Assembly (NCBI RefSeq): GCF_006345805.1
Contig: NC_043025.1
Location: 13,578,001-13,642,000, forward strand
Origin: Octopus sinensis
Lineage: Eukaryota
Length of the DNA: 64,000 nt
Reading direction: 5' to 3'
The notes below the pieces were generated by a model. It had not been told where the DNA came from and did not search any database. It worked only from the letters and a program-made list of their open reading frames with translations. Shown piece by piece: positions 23,709-36,154 of the stretch (its first letter is position 1; the number at the start of each line of letters is the position of its first letter). Position numbers and translations under genes: made by a program.

Positions 23709-24577
23709 GTATGTATATATATATATGTATGTATATATATATATGTATGTATATATTGTATGTATTATATATGTATATGTATATATATATGTATATGTAT
23801 ATATATATTGTATATGTATATAATATATGTATATATGTATATATGTATGTATGGATGTATAATATAGTGATGTATATATATTATGTATGTATTATATATG
23901 TATGTATATATATTGTATATATATATGTATGTATATATATGTATATGTATATATGTATGTATGTATGTATATTATATGTATGTATATATTATTGTATGTA
24001 TATATGTATGTATATATTATGTATGTATGTATGTAATATGTATGTATATATATATGTATGTATGTATATATGTATGTATATATGTATATATAGTATGTAT
24101 GTATATGTATGTATGTATATATATGTATGTATAGATATATATATGTATGTATATATATATGTATGTAATGTATGTATGTATATATATATGTATGTATATG
24201 TATGTTATATATATATGTATATGTATATATATGTATGTATATGTATATGTATATATATGATATGTATATTATGTATATGTATATATATGTATATGTATAT
24301 ATATGTATTATATATGTATATATGTATGATGTATGTATGTATATATGTATGTATGTATTGTATTATATATGTATGTTGTATGTATATATATATGTATGTA
24401 TGTATGTATATATGTATGTATATATATTATGTATATATATATGTATGTATGTATGATATATGTATGTATTATATGTATGTATATATATATGTAATATGTA
24501 TGTATATATATTGTATGTATATATATGTATAATATATGTATGTAATATATGTATATATATATGTATGTATATATATG

Positions 24578-24614
<37 letters not shown>

Positions 24615-24661
24615 GTATATGTATATATATATGTATGTATTATATGTATGTATATATTATG

Positions 24662-24692
<31 letters not shown>

Positions 24693-24747
24693 GTATGATA
24701 TATATGTATGTATATATATAGTATATGTATGGATATATATATGTATG

Positions 24748-24784
<37 letters not shown>

Positions 24785-24800
24785 GTAGTATATATGTATG

Positions 24801-24833
<33 letters not shown>

Positions 24834-25105
24834 GTATATATATGTATATGTATTATATATATATATGTATGTATGTATATATATGTATGTATGTATATGT
24901 ATGTATATATATATATGTATGTATGTATATATATATGTATGTATATATATATATATATGTATGTTATGTATGTATGTACTATATATTATATATATATATA
25001 TGTATGTATATGTATGTATATATATATATATATATTATATATGTATGTATGTATATTATATATGTATGTATATATATATATATATGTATGTATATGTATG
25101 TATAT

Positions 25106-25136
<31 letters not shown>

Positions 25137-25143
25137 ATGTATG

Positions 25144-25176
<33 letters not shown>

Positions 25177-25323
25177 ATATATATATATATGTATATGTAA
25201 TATATATATATATATTATATATATGTATGTATATATATAGAATATGTATATGTAATATATATATATATATATATAGTATATGTATATGTATGTATATATG
25301 TTATATGTATGTATGTATATGTA

Positions 25324-25384
<61 letters not shown>

Positions 25385-25985
25385 TATGTATGTATATGTA
25401 TGTATATATGTAATGTATGTATATATATATGTATGTATATATTATGTATGTATATATATATGTATGTATATATATATGTATGTATATATGTATGTATGTA
25501 TATAATATATAATGTATGTATATATATTGATATATATATGTATGTATATAGTATATATATGTATGTATATATATGTATATGTATGTATGTATGTATATGT
25601 ATAATATATGTATGTATATATGTATGTTATATATATGATGTATGTATGTATGTATGTATGTATGTATATATGTATGTAATGTATATATGTATGTATATGT
25701 CTGTAATATGTATTATATATATGTATGTATGTATATATATGTTGTATATATATATATATGTATAGTATATATATTATATGTATTATATAGATGTATATAT
25801 ATATGTATATATATATGTATGTATATATATATGTATATATATATGTATGTATATGTATTATATATATATGTATGTATATGTATTATATATGTATGTATAT
25901 GTATATATATGTATATGTATGTATATATATATATATGTATATATGTATGTATGTATGTATGTATAATATATGTATGTATGTATTG

Positions 25986-26021
<36 letters not shown>

Positions 26022-26074
26022 TGTATATATGTATGTATATATAATGTATGTATATATATGATTATATATGTATG

Positions 26075-26107
<33 letters not shown>

Positions 26108-26194
26108 GTAATATGTATATATATATGTATGTAATATATGTATGGTATATTATATGTATAATGTATGTATATTATGTATGTATATGTATATATC

Positions 26195-26228
<34 letters not shown>

Positions 26229-26854
26229 ATAGTGATATATATATGTATGTATATATGTATGTATATATATATGTTGTATGTATATATATGTATTATGTAT
26301 ATGTATTATATATATATATATGTATGATATATATGTATGTTATATATGTAATGTATATATATAGTGTATGTATATATGTATATATATATATGTATGTATG
26401 TATATATATATGTATATGTATTATATGTATGTATATATGTATGTATATATATATGTATATATAATATATGTATGTAGATGTATTTATATATATAATATAT
26501 ATGTATGTATGTTATATCTATATATATATATATAATGTATGTATATGTATGTATATATATATATATATATAATGTATGTATATGTATGTATATATATATA
26601 ATGTATGTAGTATATGTATGTGTATATATATATATATATATATATGTATTATGTATATATTATGTATATGTATGTATAATATGTATGTATATGTATGTAT
26701 ATATGTATATGTATGTTATATATGTATGTATGTATGTATATAATGTAATGTATGTATATATATGGTATGTATATGTATGTATATATGTATATATATTATA
26801 TATGTATGTATATATAGATAGTATGTATATCATCATCATAAACGATGATGATGC

Positions 26855-26890
<36 letters not shown>

Positions 26891-26895
26891 TTATG

Positions 26896-26926
<31 letters not shown>

Positions 26927-26927
26927 A
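23618..26927. repeat. 3.3-kb degenerate (TA)n/(TATG)n microsatellite, almost C-free on +
   Basis: Direct reading; source of all Y/I/C/M/V ORFs here. Confidence 0.97.
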
Positions 26928-27001
26928 TAGGTGTAGGAGTGGCTGTGTGGTAAATAGCTTGCTTACTAACCACACATTTTCATACCATTTTTTTTCCGAT
27001 G

Positions 27002-27071
27002 GCCCAACAACTGAAGAGATGGCGGAGTGGGTTTCCGCCCTGACGTCCGAAACTCGGAGTTTTACCATGGC
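27002..27071 (+). ncRNA. Type I hammerhead-like motif (family F3), intact core
   Basis: CTGAAGA(27011-17)-GATG..GGCGG/CCGCC..CGTC-C-GAAA-CTC-G-GAG-TT-TTACCATGGC; 5' strand of stem I decayed. Confidence 0.62.
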
Positions 27072-27372
27072 TACCGAATAAATGTCACCTATTATTTTAC
27101 AAGAAACAGGTTTCTTTCTCTGTCATTTCACATAGTCTGACCTACACAAGTTGATGGGTGAGAAAGAAAATAGGAAATTTCAAAAGAGTTTCTATGAAAC
27201 TGGTTTTACAACATCAAATTGCTTTGTGAATCCACAAAGAACATTTTATAGTAATCAAAGGGGTCCATAGATAAACAAGAGCACTCAGAAAGTGCAAACC
27301 TCCGCCAAGGCAATGGCAGCGTCCTCTCAACAATTAGCCAGAGATGATTGTTAAAAATGAGATTATCTGATA

Positions 27373-28378
27373 TAAACTCAGTTGCTCTCACTAACGAGTG
27401 TACTAAAAATGAACCTGACTGCCCTCAAAAATTAAGTAAAAAGAAAAAGAATACAGAATCCTTGTCTGGTACTGGATCGATCCCAAAATCTAATCAGTTT
27501 GTGCCAGTTACAAGGCCAAGCATCCCTGAAAGTTCTATCTGAATCCATCCAGCAGTTCTTGAGATATTAACCCTTTCGTTACTGTATTTATTTTGAGATG
27601 CTCTGTATTTCTTTCAATTACTTTAAATATAACAAAGAATTTAGTGAAATAACTTAGTTATCATTCAGCTAATGTTAGGAACATAAATTGTGACTAAGGT
27701 TTGGTGGAAGATTTTAATTCAGAACTTATGAAAACAAGACATTTGTACTACAGAGCCAGAGGTGGTTTCAACCAGGTTGGTATCAAAAGGGTTAAGAATT
27801 GTTTATATATTATATATTTAAACCCTTTTGTTACCAGATTTCTGTTGAGATGTTCTGTGTTTCTTTCAAGTAAAGAAAACAAGACATTTGTACTACAGAG
27901 CCAGAGGTGGTTTCAGCCAGGTTGGTATCAAAAGGGTTAAGAATTGTTTCTCTATTATAAATTTTAACCCTTTTGTTACCATATTTCTTCTGTTGAGATG
28001 CTCTGTGTTTCTTTCAATTAATTTTAAATATAACAAAGAGTTTAGTGAAATAACTTAGTTATCATTCAGCCAGTGTTAGGAACATAAATTGTGACTAAGG
28101 TTTGGTGGAAGATTTTAATTCAAACATTATGTGAACAAGACATTTGTACTCAAAGCAAGAGCCGGTTTGGTAACGAAAGGGTTAATACCTCAAGAACTGC
28201 TGGATGGATTCAGATAGAACTTTCAGGGATGTTTTGCCTTGTAACTGGCACAAACTGATTAGATTTTGGAATCAATCTGGTACCAGACAAGGATTCTGGA
28301 TTCTTTTTCTTTTTACTTAATTTTTGAGGGCAGTCAGGTTCATTTTTAGTACACTTGTTTGTGAGAGCAACTGAGTTT
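27373..28378. repeat. Foldback with arms of about 195 bp (27373-27570, 28182-28378) around a piggyBac-MITE array
   Basis: Arms are reverse complements meeting at the duplicated TTAA. Confidence 0.9.
27567..28185. mobile_element. piggyBac-type MITE, three tandem units (middle one deleted)
   Basis: TTAA-CCCTTTCGTTAC ... GTAACGAAAGGG-TTAA termini; units about 225 bp. Confidence 0.85.
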
Positions 28379-28782
28379 ACTCTTTTACTTGTTTCAGTCA
28401 TTTGACTGAGGCTATGCTGGAGCACCGCCTTTAGTCGAGCAACTCGACCCCGGGACTTATTCATTGTAAGCCCAGTACTTATTCTATCGGTCTCTTTTGC
28501 CGTACCGCTAAGTCACGGGGACATAAACACACCAGCATCGGTTGTCAAGCAATGCTAGGGGGACAAACACAGACACACAAACATATACACACACACTTAT
28601 ATATATACACATATATACGACAGGCTTCTTTCAGTTTCCGTCTACCAAATCCACTCACAAGGCATTGGTCGGCCCGGGGCTATAGCAGAAGACACTTGCC
28701 CAAGATGCCACGCAGTGGGACTGAACCTGGAAGCGTGTGGTTGGTTAGCAAGCTACTTACCACACAGCCACTCCTGCGCCTA
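28379..28782 (-). mobile_element. SINE family A, full length
   Basis: Reverse complement of head-microsatellite-tail. Confidence 0.92.
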
Positions 28783-28806
28783 TGATATATATATAAAGAA
28801 GAGTTA

Positions 28807-28947
28807 TTAGGTTGTCCCAAAAGTTCGTAAACACTTGCGAAAATTGAATTTTTACTCGCCAAGTACTAACAAAAACAACAAAAATTATTCCTCAAAATAA
28901 AGACCGTTATTTTCCAAGACTTTCTACGAACTTTTGGGACAACCTTA
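28807..28947 (-). mobile_element. mariner MITE (internal deletion derivative)
   Basis: TIR TTAGGTTGTCCCAAAAGTTCGTA and its inverse, TA flanks; minus strand keeps KVLENNGLYFEE*, a mariner C-terminus. Confidence 0.85.
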
Positions 28948-29351
28948 TATCTTGTCCACGCACAAACAAACATGACTGAAAACAATACCTTCGTTAAGGC
29001 GGAGGTAAAACTGGTTGAGAACCCCTGATCTAGAGAGAGAATTTGACAGACCAGGAGAATTGGTGCTCTGCAACAACCTCTTTACACCTGCCGACAGGTG
29101 ATACCCAAATCATGGCTATTTTTGCATGTTGGAATGACTATATGTAGAACATGGCCAGCCAGGTTGTATCATTCCTCGGTTACAATTTGTTTACACCTGT
29201 CAACAGGTGATACCCAAATTGGGGCTTTTTCAAGAGCTGTTAATTGGCCAGGTAAATCGATGCTCTACTACAATTTGTTTATATCTGCTAAAAGATGGTA
29301 CCCAAGCCAAAGCTTTGTAGAGGTGGACTTGTCAAGTAGTTTGTCCAGATT

Positions 29352-29737
29352 TACTCTTTTACTTGTTTCAGTCATTTGACTGAGGCTATGCTGGAGCACC
29401 GCCTTTAATCGAGCAACTCAACCCCGGGACTTATTCATTGTAAGCCCAGTACTTATTCTATCGGTCTCTTTTGCCGAACCGCTAAGTGACAGGGATGTAA
29501 ACACACCAGCATCGGTTGTCAAACAATGCTAGGGGGACAGACACACGCACACACATATATATATACATATATACGACGTGCTTCTTTCAGTTTCCGTCTA
29601 CCAAATCCACTCACAAGGCATTGGTCGGCCCGGGGCTATAGCAGAAGACACTTGCCCAAGGTGCCACGCAGTGGGACTGAACCCGGAACCATGTGGTTGG
29701 TTAGCAAGCTACTTACCACACAGCCACTCCTGCGCCT
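29352..29737 (-). mobile_element. SINE family A, full length
   Basis: Reverse complement of head-microsatellite-tail. Confidence 0.92.
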
Positions 29738-29744
29738 TTATTTA

Positions 29745-29980
29745 TATATTTCTTTACTACCCACAAGGGGTTAAACATTGAGGGGACAAACAAGGACAGA
29801 CAAAGGGATTAAGTCGATTACATCGCCCCCCCAGTGCGAAATTGGTACTTAATTTATCGACCCCGAAAGGATGAGGGCAAAGTCGACCTCGGTGAAATTT
29901 GAACTCACAACGTAATGACAGGAAAAATACCGCTAAGCATTTCGCCCGGTGCGCTAACGTTTCTGCTATCTCGCCGCCTT
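29745..29980 (-). mobile_element. SINE family C, full length
   Basis: Minus starts AAGGCGGCGAG..GAAATGCTTAGCGG..GAGTTCAAATT (B-box-like). Confidence 0.85.
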
Positions 29981-30457
29981 TTGTCCAGATTTATAATCTG
30001 TCACTAATAACTCTTCTTTATATATATATATATATGTATAATAATAATAAATACACCCTTTTAAAGCCTAGCGAGGCTCATGGGCCTGGTTTCTGTGGCG
30101 TATGTGTTCCCCAGCTGGACGGGACGCTAGTCCATCGTAGCGTTACTCATTTTTGCCAGCTGAGTGGACTGGAGCAACGTGAAAGGAAGTGTTTTGCTCA
30201 AGAACACAACACGTCGCCCGGTCCAGGAATCGAAACCACAATCTTACGATCATGATGCTAACACCCTAACCACTAAGCGCCTCCACATATATATATGTGT
30301 ATATATATATATATTTTACGGAGATGTACTTGCATAGCAAGTGACCTGATCTGAGATCGTGTGCTGAAATGAAAGCAATTGCAGCGTGGAAGGTGTTTAT
30401 AAGCCATTTAAGAAACACACAAAAACCATCAGACTCACTTCAACATTTAAGTTTAAT

Positions 30458-30506
30458 TTGCCAAAATATTTTCGTTGCTTTGAGACTGCGACCTATTCAC
30501 TGACAA
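30458..30506 (-). ncRNA. Second copy of the F4 variant hammerhead candidate
   Basis: Minus: TTGTCA-GTGAATA-G-GTCGC-AGTCTCAAA-GCAAC-GAAA-ATAT-TT-TGGCAA. Confidence 0.55.
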
Positions 30507-31464
30507 AATTCCATGCTGATATATATATATATACACACACTTACACCCACACATATATATGCATACACCCACTCACACACTATACACGTGTGTGTGTATA
30601 TGTATATACATGTATGTGTATATATGTATATAGATGTATGTATATATGTATATACACGTGTGTGTGTATATGTATATACATGTATGTGTATATATGTATA
30701 TAGATGTATGTATATATGTATATACACGTATGTGTATATAGATGTATGTATATACACGTATGTGTATATATGTATATAGATGTATGTATATATGTATATA
30801 CACGTGTGTGTGTATATGTATATATGCGTATGTATATACACACACATACACACCCACTCACAATATTTATACAATTGTGTGTGTATATATATGTATGTAT
30901 GTACCCATGTGTTCGTCTGTATTTCTATTGCTTGTATTCTTATCTTATATGCATTGAATAATATAATATATGTATGTATGTATATTATGGTTGTCGTTTT
31001 GATAAGTCAGCATTTTAATGTCCTAAAGCTGATGAACCAACTAACGTACTTCTCCATTTTCTTATTTTCAATATATATATATATACACACACATACATAC
31101 ACACTGACATAGTTTTGGAACAAAAACCAACTTTCCCACAATTTGATAAAGGTATTTTTTCTAAGCTATTTGCAACAATAGGTATTTATATCCCAACACA
31201 TTCCTAACAAAACAGCTCAGATGCTATTAAACGTCTGAGCACAATCAACAAAGAGCAAAGTTTGGGGTGGAATAATTAAAACGGACAAGCAATAAAGAGC
31301 ATGAATGGAAAATATCTGTAGGTGTTACCATCTGGTTTTGGGGTTCAGCACCACTGCTTAGCACCTTGTGCGCGGTTTGACTGAAACCCCATCTCAGCTC
31401 ATTGCTATCGGGGTGGAGATGGTTACCCCCAGTTTTTGCTAGTCCCATGAGTCGGAGTGGGGTT

Positions 31465-33202
31465 CAACTCTTTCTCTTGTTTCAGTCATTTGATTGCAGC
31501 CATGCTGGAGCACCGCCTTCATTCGAGTAAATCGATCCCCAGGACTTATTCTTTGCAAGCCTAGTACTTATTCTATCGGTCTCTTTTGCCGAACTGCTAA
31601 GTTACGGGGACGTAAACACACCAACATCGGTTGTCAAGTGGTATTCAACTCTTACTCCCTTTTACTTGTTTCAGTCATTTGATTGCGGCCATACTGGAGC
31701 ACCGCCTTTTTAGTCGAGCAAATCGATCCCCAGGACTTATTCTTTGCAAGCCTTGTACTTATTCTATCGGTCTCTTTTGCCGAACTGCTAAGTTACGGAG
31801 TGGTGTTCTACTCTTTCTCTCTTTTACTTGTTTCAGTCATTTGATTGCGGCCATGCTGGAGCACCGCCTTCATTCGAGCAAATCGATCCCCAGGACTTAT
31901 TCTTTGCAAGCCTAGTACTTATTCTATCGGTTTCTTTTGCCGAACCGCTAAGTTACGGGGACGTAAACACACCAACATCGGTTGTCAAGTGGTGTTCAAC
32001 TCTTACTCCCTCTTACTTGTTTCAGTCATTTGATTGCGGCCATGCTGGAGCACCGCCTTCATTCGAGCAAATCGACCCCCAGGACTTATTCTTTGCAAGC
32101 CTAGTACTTATTCTATCGGTCTCTTTTGCCGAACTGCTAAGTTACGGAGTGGTGTTCTACTCTTTCTCTCTTTTACTTGTTTCAGTCATTTGATTGCGGC
32201 CATGCTGGAGCACCGCCTTCATTCGAGCAAATCGACCCCCAGGACTTATTCTTTGCAAGCCTAGTACTTATTCTATCGGTCTCTTTTGCCGAACTGCTAA
32301 GTTACGGAGTGGTGTTCTACTCTTTCTCTCTTTTACTTGTTTCAGTCATTTGATTGCGGCCATGCTGGAGCACCGCCTTCATTCGAGCAAATCGACCCCC
32401 AGGACTTATTCTTTGCAAGCCTAGTACTTATTCTATCGGTCTCTTTTGCCGAACTGCTAAGTTACGGAGTGGTGTTCTACTCTTCTCTCTTTTACTTGTT
32501 TCAGTCATTGATTGCGGCCATGCTGGAGCACCGCCTTTTTAGTCGAGCAAATCGATCGCCAGGACTTATTCTTTGCAAGCCTTGTACTTATTCTATCGGT
32601 CTCTTTTGCCGAACTGCTAAGTTACGGAGTGGTGTTCTACTCTTTCTCTCTTTTACTTGTTTCAGTCATTTGATTGCGGCCATGCTGGAGCACCGCCTTC
32701 ATTCGAGCAAATCGATCCCCAGGACTTATTCTTTGCAAGCCTAGTACTTATTCTATCGGTTTCTTTTGCCGAACCGCTAAGTGACGGGGACGTAAACACA
32801 CCAACATCGGTTGTCAAGTGGTGTTCAACTCTTACTCCCTCTTACTTGTTTCAGTCATTTGATTGCGGCCATGCTGGAGCACCGCCTTCATTCGAGCAAA
32901 TCGACCCCCAGGACTTATTCTTTGCAAGCCTAGTACTTATTCTATCGGTCTCTTTTGCCGAACCGCTAAGTTACGGAGAACGTAAACACACCAGCATCGA
33001 TTGTCAAGTGGTGTTCAACTCTTACTCCCTTTTACTTGTTTCAGTCATTTGATTGCGGCCATGCTGGAGCACCGCCTTCATTCGAGCAAATCGACCCCCA
33101 GGACTTATTCTTTGCAAGCCTAGTAGTACTTATTCTATCGGTCTCTTTTGCCAAAGCGCTAAGTGACGGGCACGTAAACACACCAACATCGGTTGTCAAG
33201 TG
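31465..33202 (-). repeat. Tandem array of 10 SINE-A tail halves (160- and 189-bp unit types)
   Basis: Anchor CTTGTTTCAGTC at 31476, 31665, 31827, 32016, 32176, 32336, 32495, 32656, 32845, 33035. Confidence 0.96.
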
Positions 33203-33837
33203 GTTAAAATTTTGCACTCGTGATTGTGAGCCTGTGGGTTTTGCATTGTGTTCTTGAGCAAAGCACTTCATTTCACATTGCTATGCGATCGTTTCAGCAT
33301 TGACATGTGGCACCCAGTTGCACCTGTACAGGTAATGTCGATCAGATGGAGAGAGAGAGAGAGAGAGAGTGAGTGAGCTTATGTCTAAACAAATATTTGA
33401 TCATTATAAACGAATCATCTGTGTGGTTGTTCGGTAAGAAATTGTCGAACCCTTATATGTTGTCTAACGACGGGAGAGTTGATGATATGTGTGTGTGTAT
33501 CTATGTGCATGTGTGTGTGTGTATATATATGTATACATACATATACATGCGCGCAAACATTTTCATGCAAGTACATACATGAACTAACAACAGACACCTT
33601 GTGTATGTGTGTTCGATTTTGTTTATGTATGTATATATGTATGTATATATATATATGTATATGTATGTATATATATATATATATATGTATCATCATCATC
33701 GTTTAGCGTCCGTTTTCCATGCTAGCATGGGTTGGACGGAGTCAACATATATACATACATATGTATGTATATATATATATATATATGTATGTATATATAT
33801 ATATGTATGTAGGTATATGTATGTAGGTATATGTATG

Positions 33838-33868
<31 letters not shown>

Positions 33869-34440
33869 ATATATATATGTATGTAGGTATATGTATGTAT
33901 GTATATATATATGTATGTAGGTATATGTATGTATGTACATACACACACATACACAGACATGTAAATGAGTGATAGAGTGTTTTGGTTTAAACTGATTTTG
34001 TTTACATAATTCTATAAATAAACACATACACACAAAAATCTATGTCAAGCCAGACACTGGAGCCGAAAGAGGTCATCTAGCCTGTTGGCTCCAGTCAGAC
34101 CATCTATCCCAATGGATTCTCAACCATTTTTTTTTTTTATCTATGGACCCCCTTTGATTATTATTTTATTCTGGTGAACCCTACTGTAACTATTTGATGT
34201 TGAAAAACTAGTTTTCTAGAAACTTCTTCCAAAATTCCTATTTGATTTTTCACACATTCCCTTGTGTAGGTTGAACAATATAAAACGTGGTTCTCAACCA
34301 TATTTTTATCTTTGGACCCCTTTGATTACTGTTTTATTTTGGTGGACCCCTTTAGCCATTCGATGTTAAAAAACTAGTTTTATAGAAATAATAATAATAA
34401 TAATAATATCGAAAAATACCTTAGGTTTGAAATTTCCCAA

Positions 34441-34486
34441 GACACCTGATGAAGGCTGGAGGGTATATCAGCCGAAACGTTGTGTT
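34441..34486 (+). ncRNA. Minimal type I hammerhead ribozyme (family F1), intact
   Basis: GACAC-CTGATGA-A-GGCTG-GAGGGTATAT-CAGCC-GAAA-CG-TT-GTGTT; palindromic AACGTT stem III. Confidence 0.82.
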
Positions 34487-34790
34487 AACAACAAACAAGA
34501 TGAGGACAAATATCCGTCAAATGTAAATGTTGAAAAACTAGTTTTCTAGATACTTCTTCCAAAATTCCTAATTTGTTTTTCACACATTCCCTTGTGTAGG
34601 TTTGAACAATGTAAAACATAGTTCTTAACCTATTTTTTTTATCTATGGACCCCGTTGATTATTTTATCCTGGTGAACCCCCCCCCCCCGAAGCCATTCGA
34701 TATTGAAAAACTATAGTTCTTTATTTAAGAGATGAGGAATTGTGTACATTGTTTATATTTGATGGATATTTCTCCTCATCTTGTTTGTTG

Positions 34791-34827
34791 TTTCGGCTGA
34801 TATACCCTCCAGCCTTCATCAGGTGTC
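34791..34827 (-). ncRNA. F1 hammerhead, inverted copy lacking the cleavage-site segment
   Basis: Core and stem II identical; GTTGTGTTAA deleted after GAAAC. Confidence 0.7.
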
Positions 34828-34894
34828 TTGGGGAAATTTTGAGCCTGGGTATTTTTCGATGTTGTTATTATTATTGTTCAGGTCACTGCTTGGA

Positions 34895-35102
34895 AGCAGG
34901 CTACTAACCCCAAGATTCTGAGTTCGAGTCCAAGCAGTGACCTGAACAATAATAATAATAATATCGAAAAATACCTTAGGAATGGGCACCCAGGTTTGAA
35001 ATTTCCCAAGACACCTGAAGGAGGCTGGAGGGTATATCAGCTGAAACGTTGTGTTAACAACAAACAAGATGAGGACAAATATCTGTCGAATGTAAACAAT
35101 GT
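34895..35102 (+). mobile_element. tRNA-headed element carrying an F1 hammerhead (core A9 to G)
   Basis: tRNA-like 3' half with B-box GTTCGAGTC (34922-34930), (AAT)n, then GACAC-CTGAAGG-A-GGCTG..CAGCT-GAAA-CGTT-GTGTT (35010-35055). Confidence 0.72.
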
Positions 35103-35334
35103 TTAAAAACTAGTTTCCTAGAAACTTCTTTGAAAATTCCTATTTTGCTTTCCATACATTCCTTTGTGTAGGTTGAACAATATAAAACATGGTTCTCAAC
35201 CATTCTTTATCTACGGACCCCCTTTGATTACCATTTTATTCCAGTGTTGGTTGTGTTTACATTCCCCCATCCCCTGTAACTTAGCAGCGCAGCAAAGGAG
35301 ACCGAAAGAATAAGGACCAGGGTGTAAATAGAAA

Positions 35335-35730
35335 AGGCGCAGGAGTGGCTGTGTGGTAAGTAGCTTGCTAACCAACCACATGGTTCCAGGTTCAGCCCCA
35401 CTGCGTGGCATTTTGGGCAAGTGTCTTCTGCTATAGCCCCGGGCCGATCAATGCCTTGCGAGTGGATTTGGTAGATGGAAACTGAAAGAAGCCCGTCGTA
35501 TACATGTATGTATATATATATATATGCATGTTTGTGTGTCTGTGTTTGTCCCCCTAGCATTGCTGGTGTGTTTACGTCCCCGTCACTTAGCGGTTTGGCA
35601 AAAGAGACCGATAGAATAAGTACTAGGCTTATAAAGAATAAGTCCCGGGGTCGATTTGCTCGACTAAAAACAGGCGGTGCTCCAGCATGGCCGCAGTCAA
35701 ATGACTGAAACCAGTAAAAGAGAGAGTAAA
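35335..35730 (+). mobile_element. SINE family A, full length
   Basis: Head, microsatellite and tail. Confidence 0.9.
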
Positions 35731-36154
35731 GAGTATCCCCTGTAACTTAGCAGCGCAGCAAAGGAGACCAAAAGAATAAGGACCAGGCTGTAAAAAGAAA
35801 GGAAAAGCAATTGGAAAACAAACTAAACTGTGACTAAAATTCTTCAAGGTGGCGTTTCGTACCCCTGCCACCACCACCACCACCACCACCATCTCTACTA
35901 TTATTGCAGTTCCGGTGACTGCGGAGTGTAAAAGAATAAAGACAAGGCGGGTGTGTGTGTCTGTGCGTCTTTGTTTGTGTTAGTTTAGCAATTTCAAGTA
36001 TTTTTATAAACTGCTGAAGCAGTAATAATTATAATAATAATAGATTCGTCACTCACTGAAATGCCAATCTAATTAACGACTTGTTAATGGCGTGTCAATA
36101 ACGAGTTTAGTTAGTTTTGAAAGCATGGGCTAGAAATTTGTTTTAACCCCTGCA

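Larger units (their letters stand above)
34105..35240. repeat. Tandem units of about 170 bp with hAT-like terminal motif (GTGGTTCTCAACC..TGGACCCC), host of the F1 elements
   Basis: About 4 units; related pieces at 27220-27275 and 29010-29030. hAT assignment is tentative. Confidence 0.6.

Noticed and set aside
23618-26927. Many ORFs up to 304 aa rich in Y/I/C/M/V (also at 16.9-17.4, 18.1-19.6, 30.4-31.0, 33.4-34.0 and 43.8-47.1 kb)
   Set aside because: TA/TG microsatellites that lack stop codons by composition
34895-34945. Bona fide tRNA genes here or at the SINE heads (41861, 42229, 60712)
   Set aside because: Incomplete or unpaired cloverleafs running directly into repeat bodies; they are SINE heads
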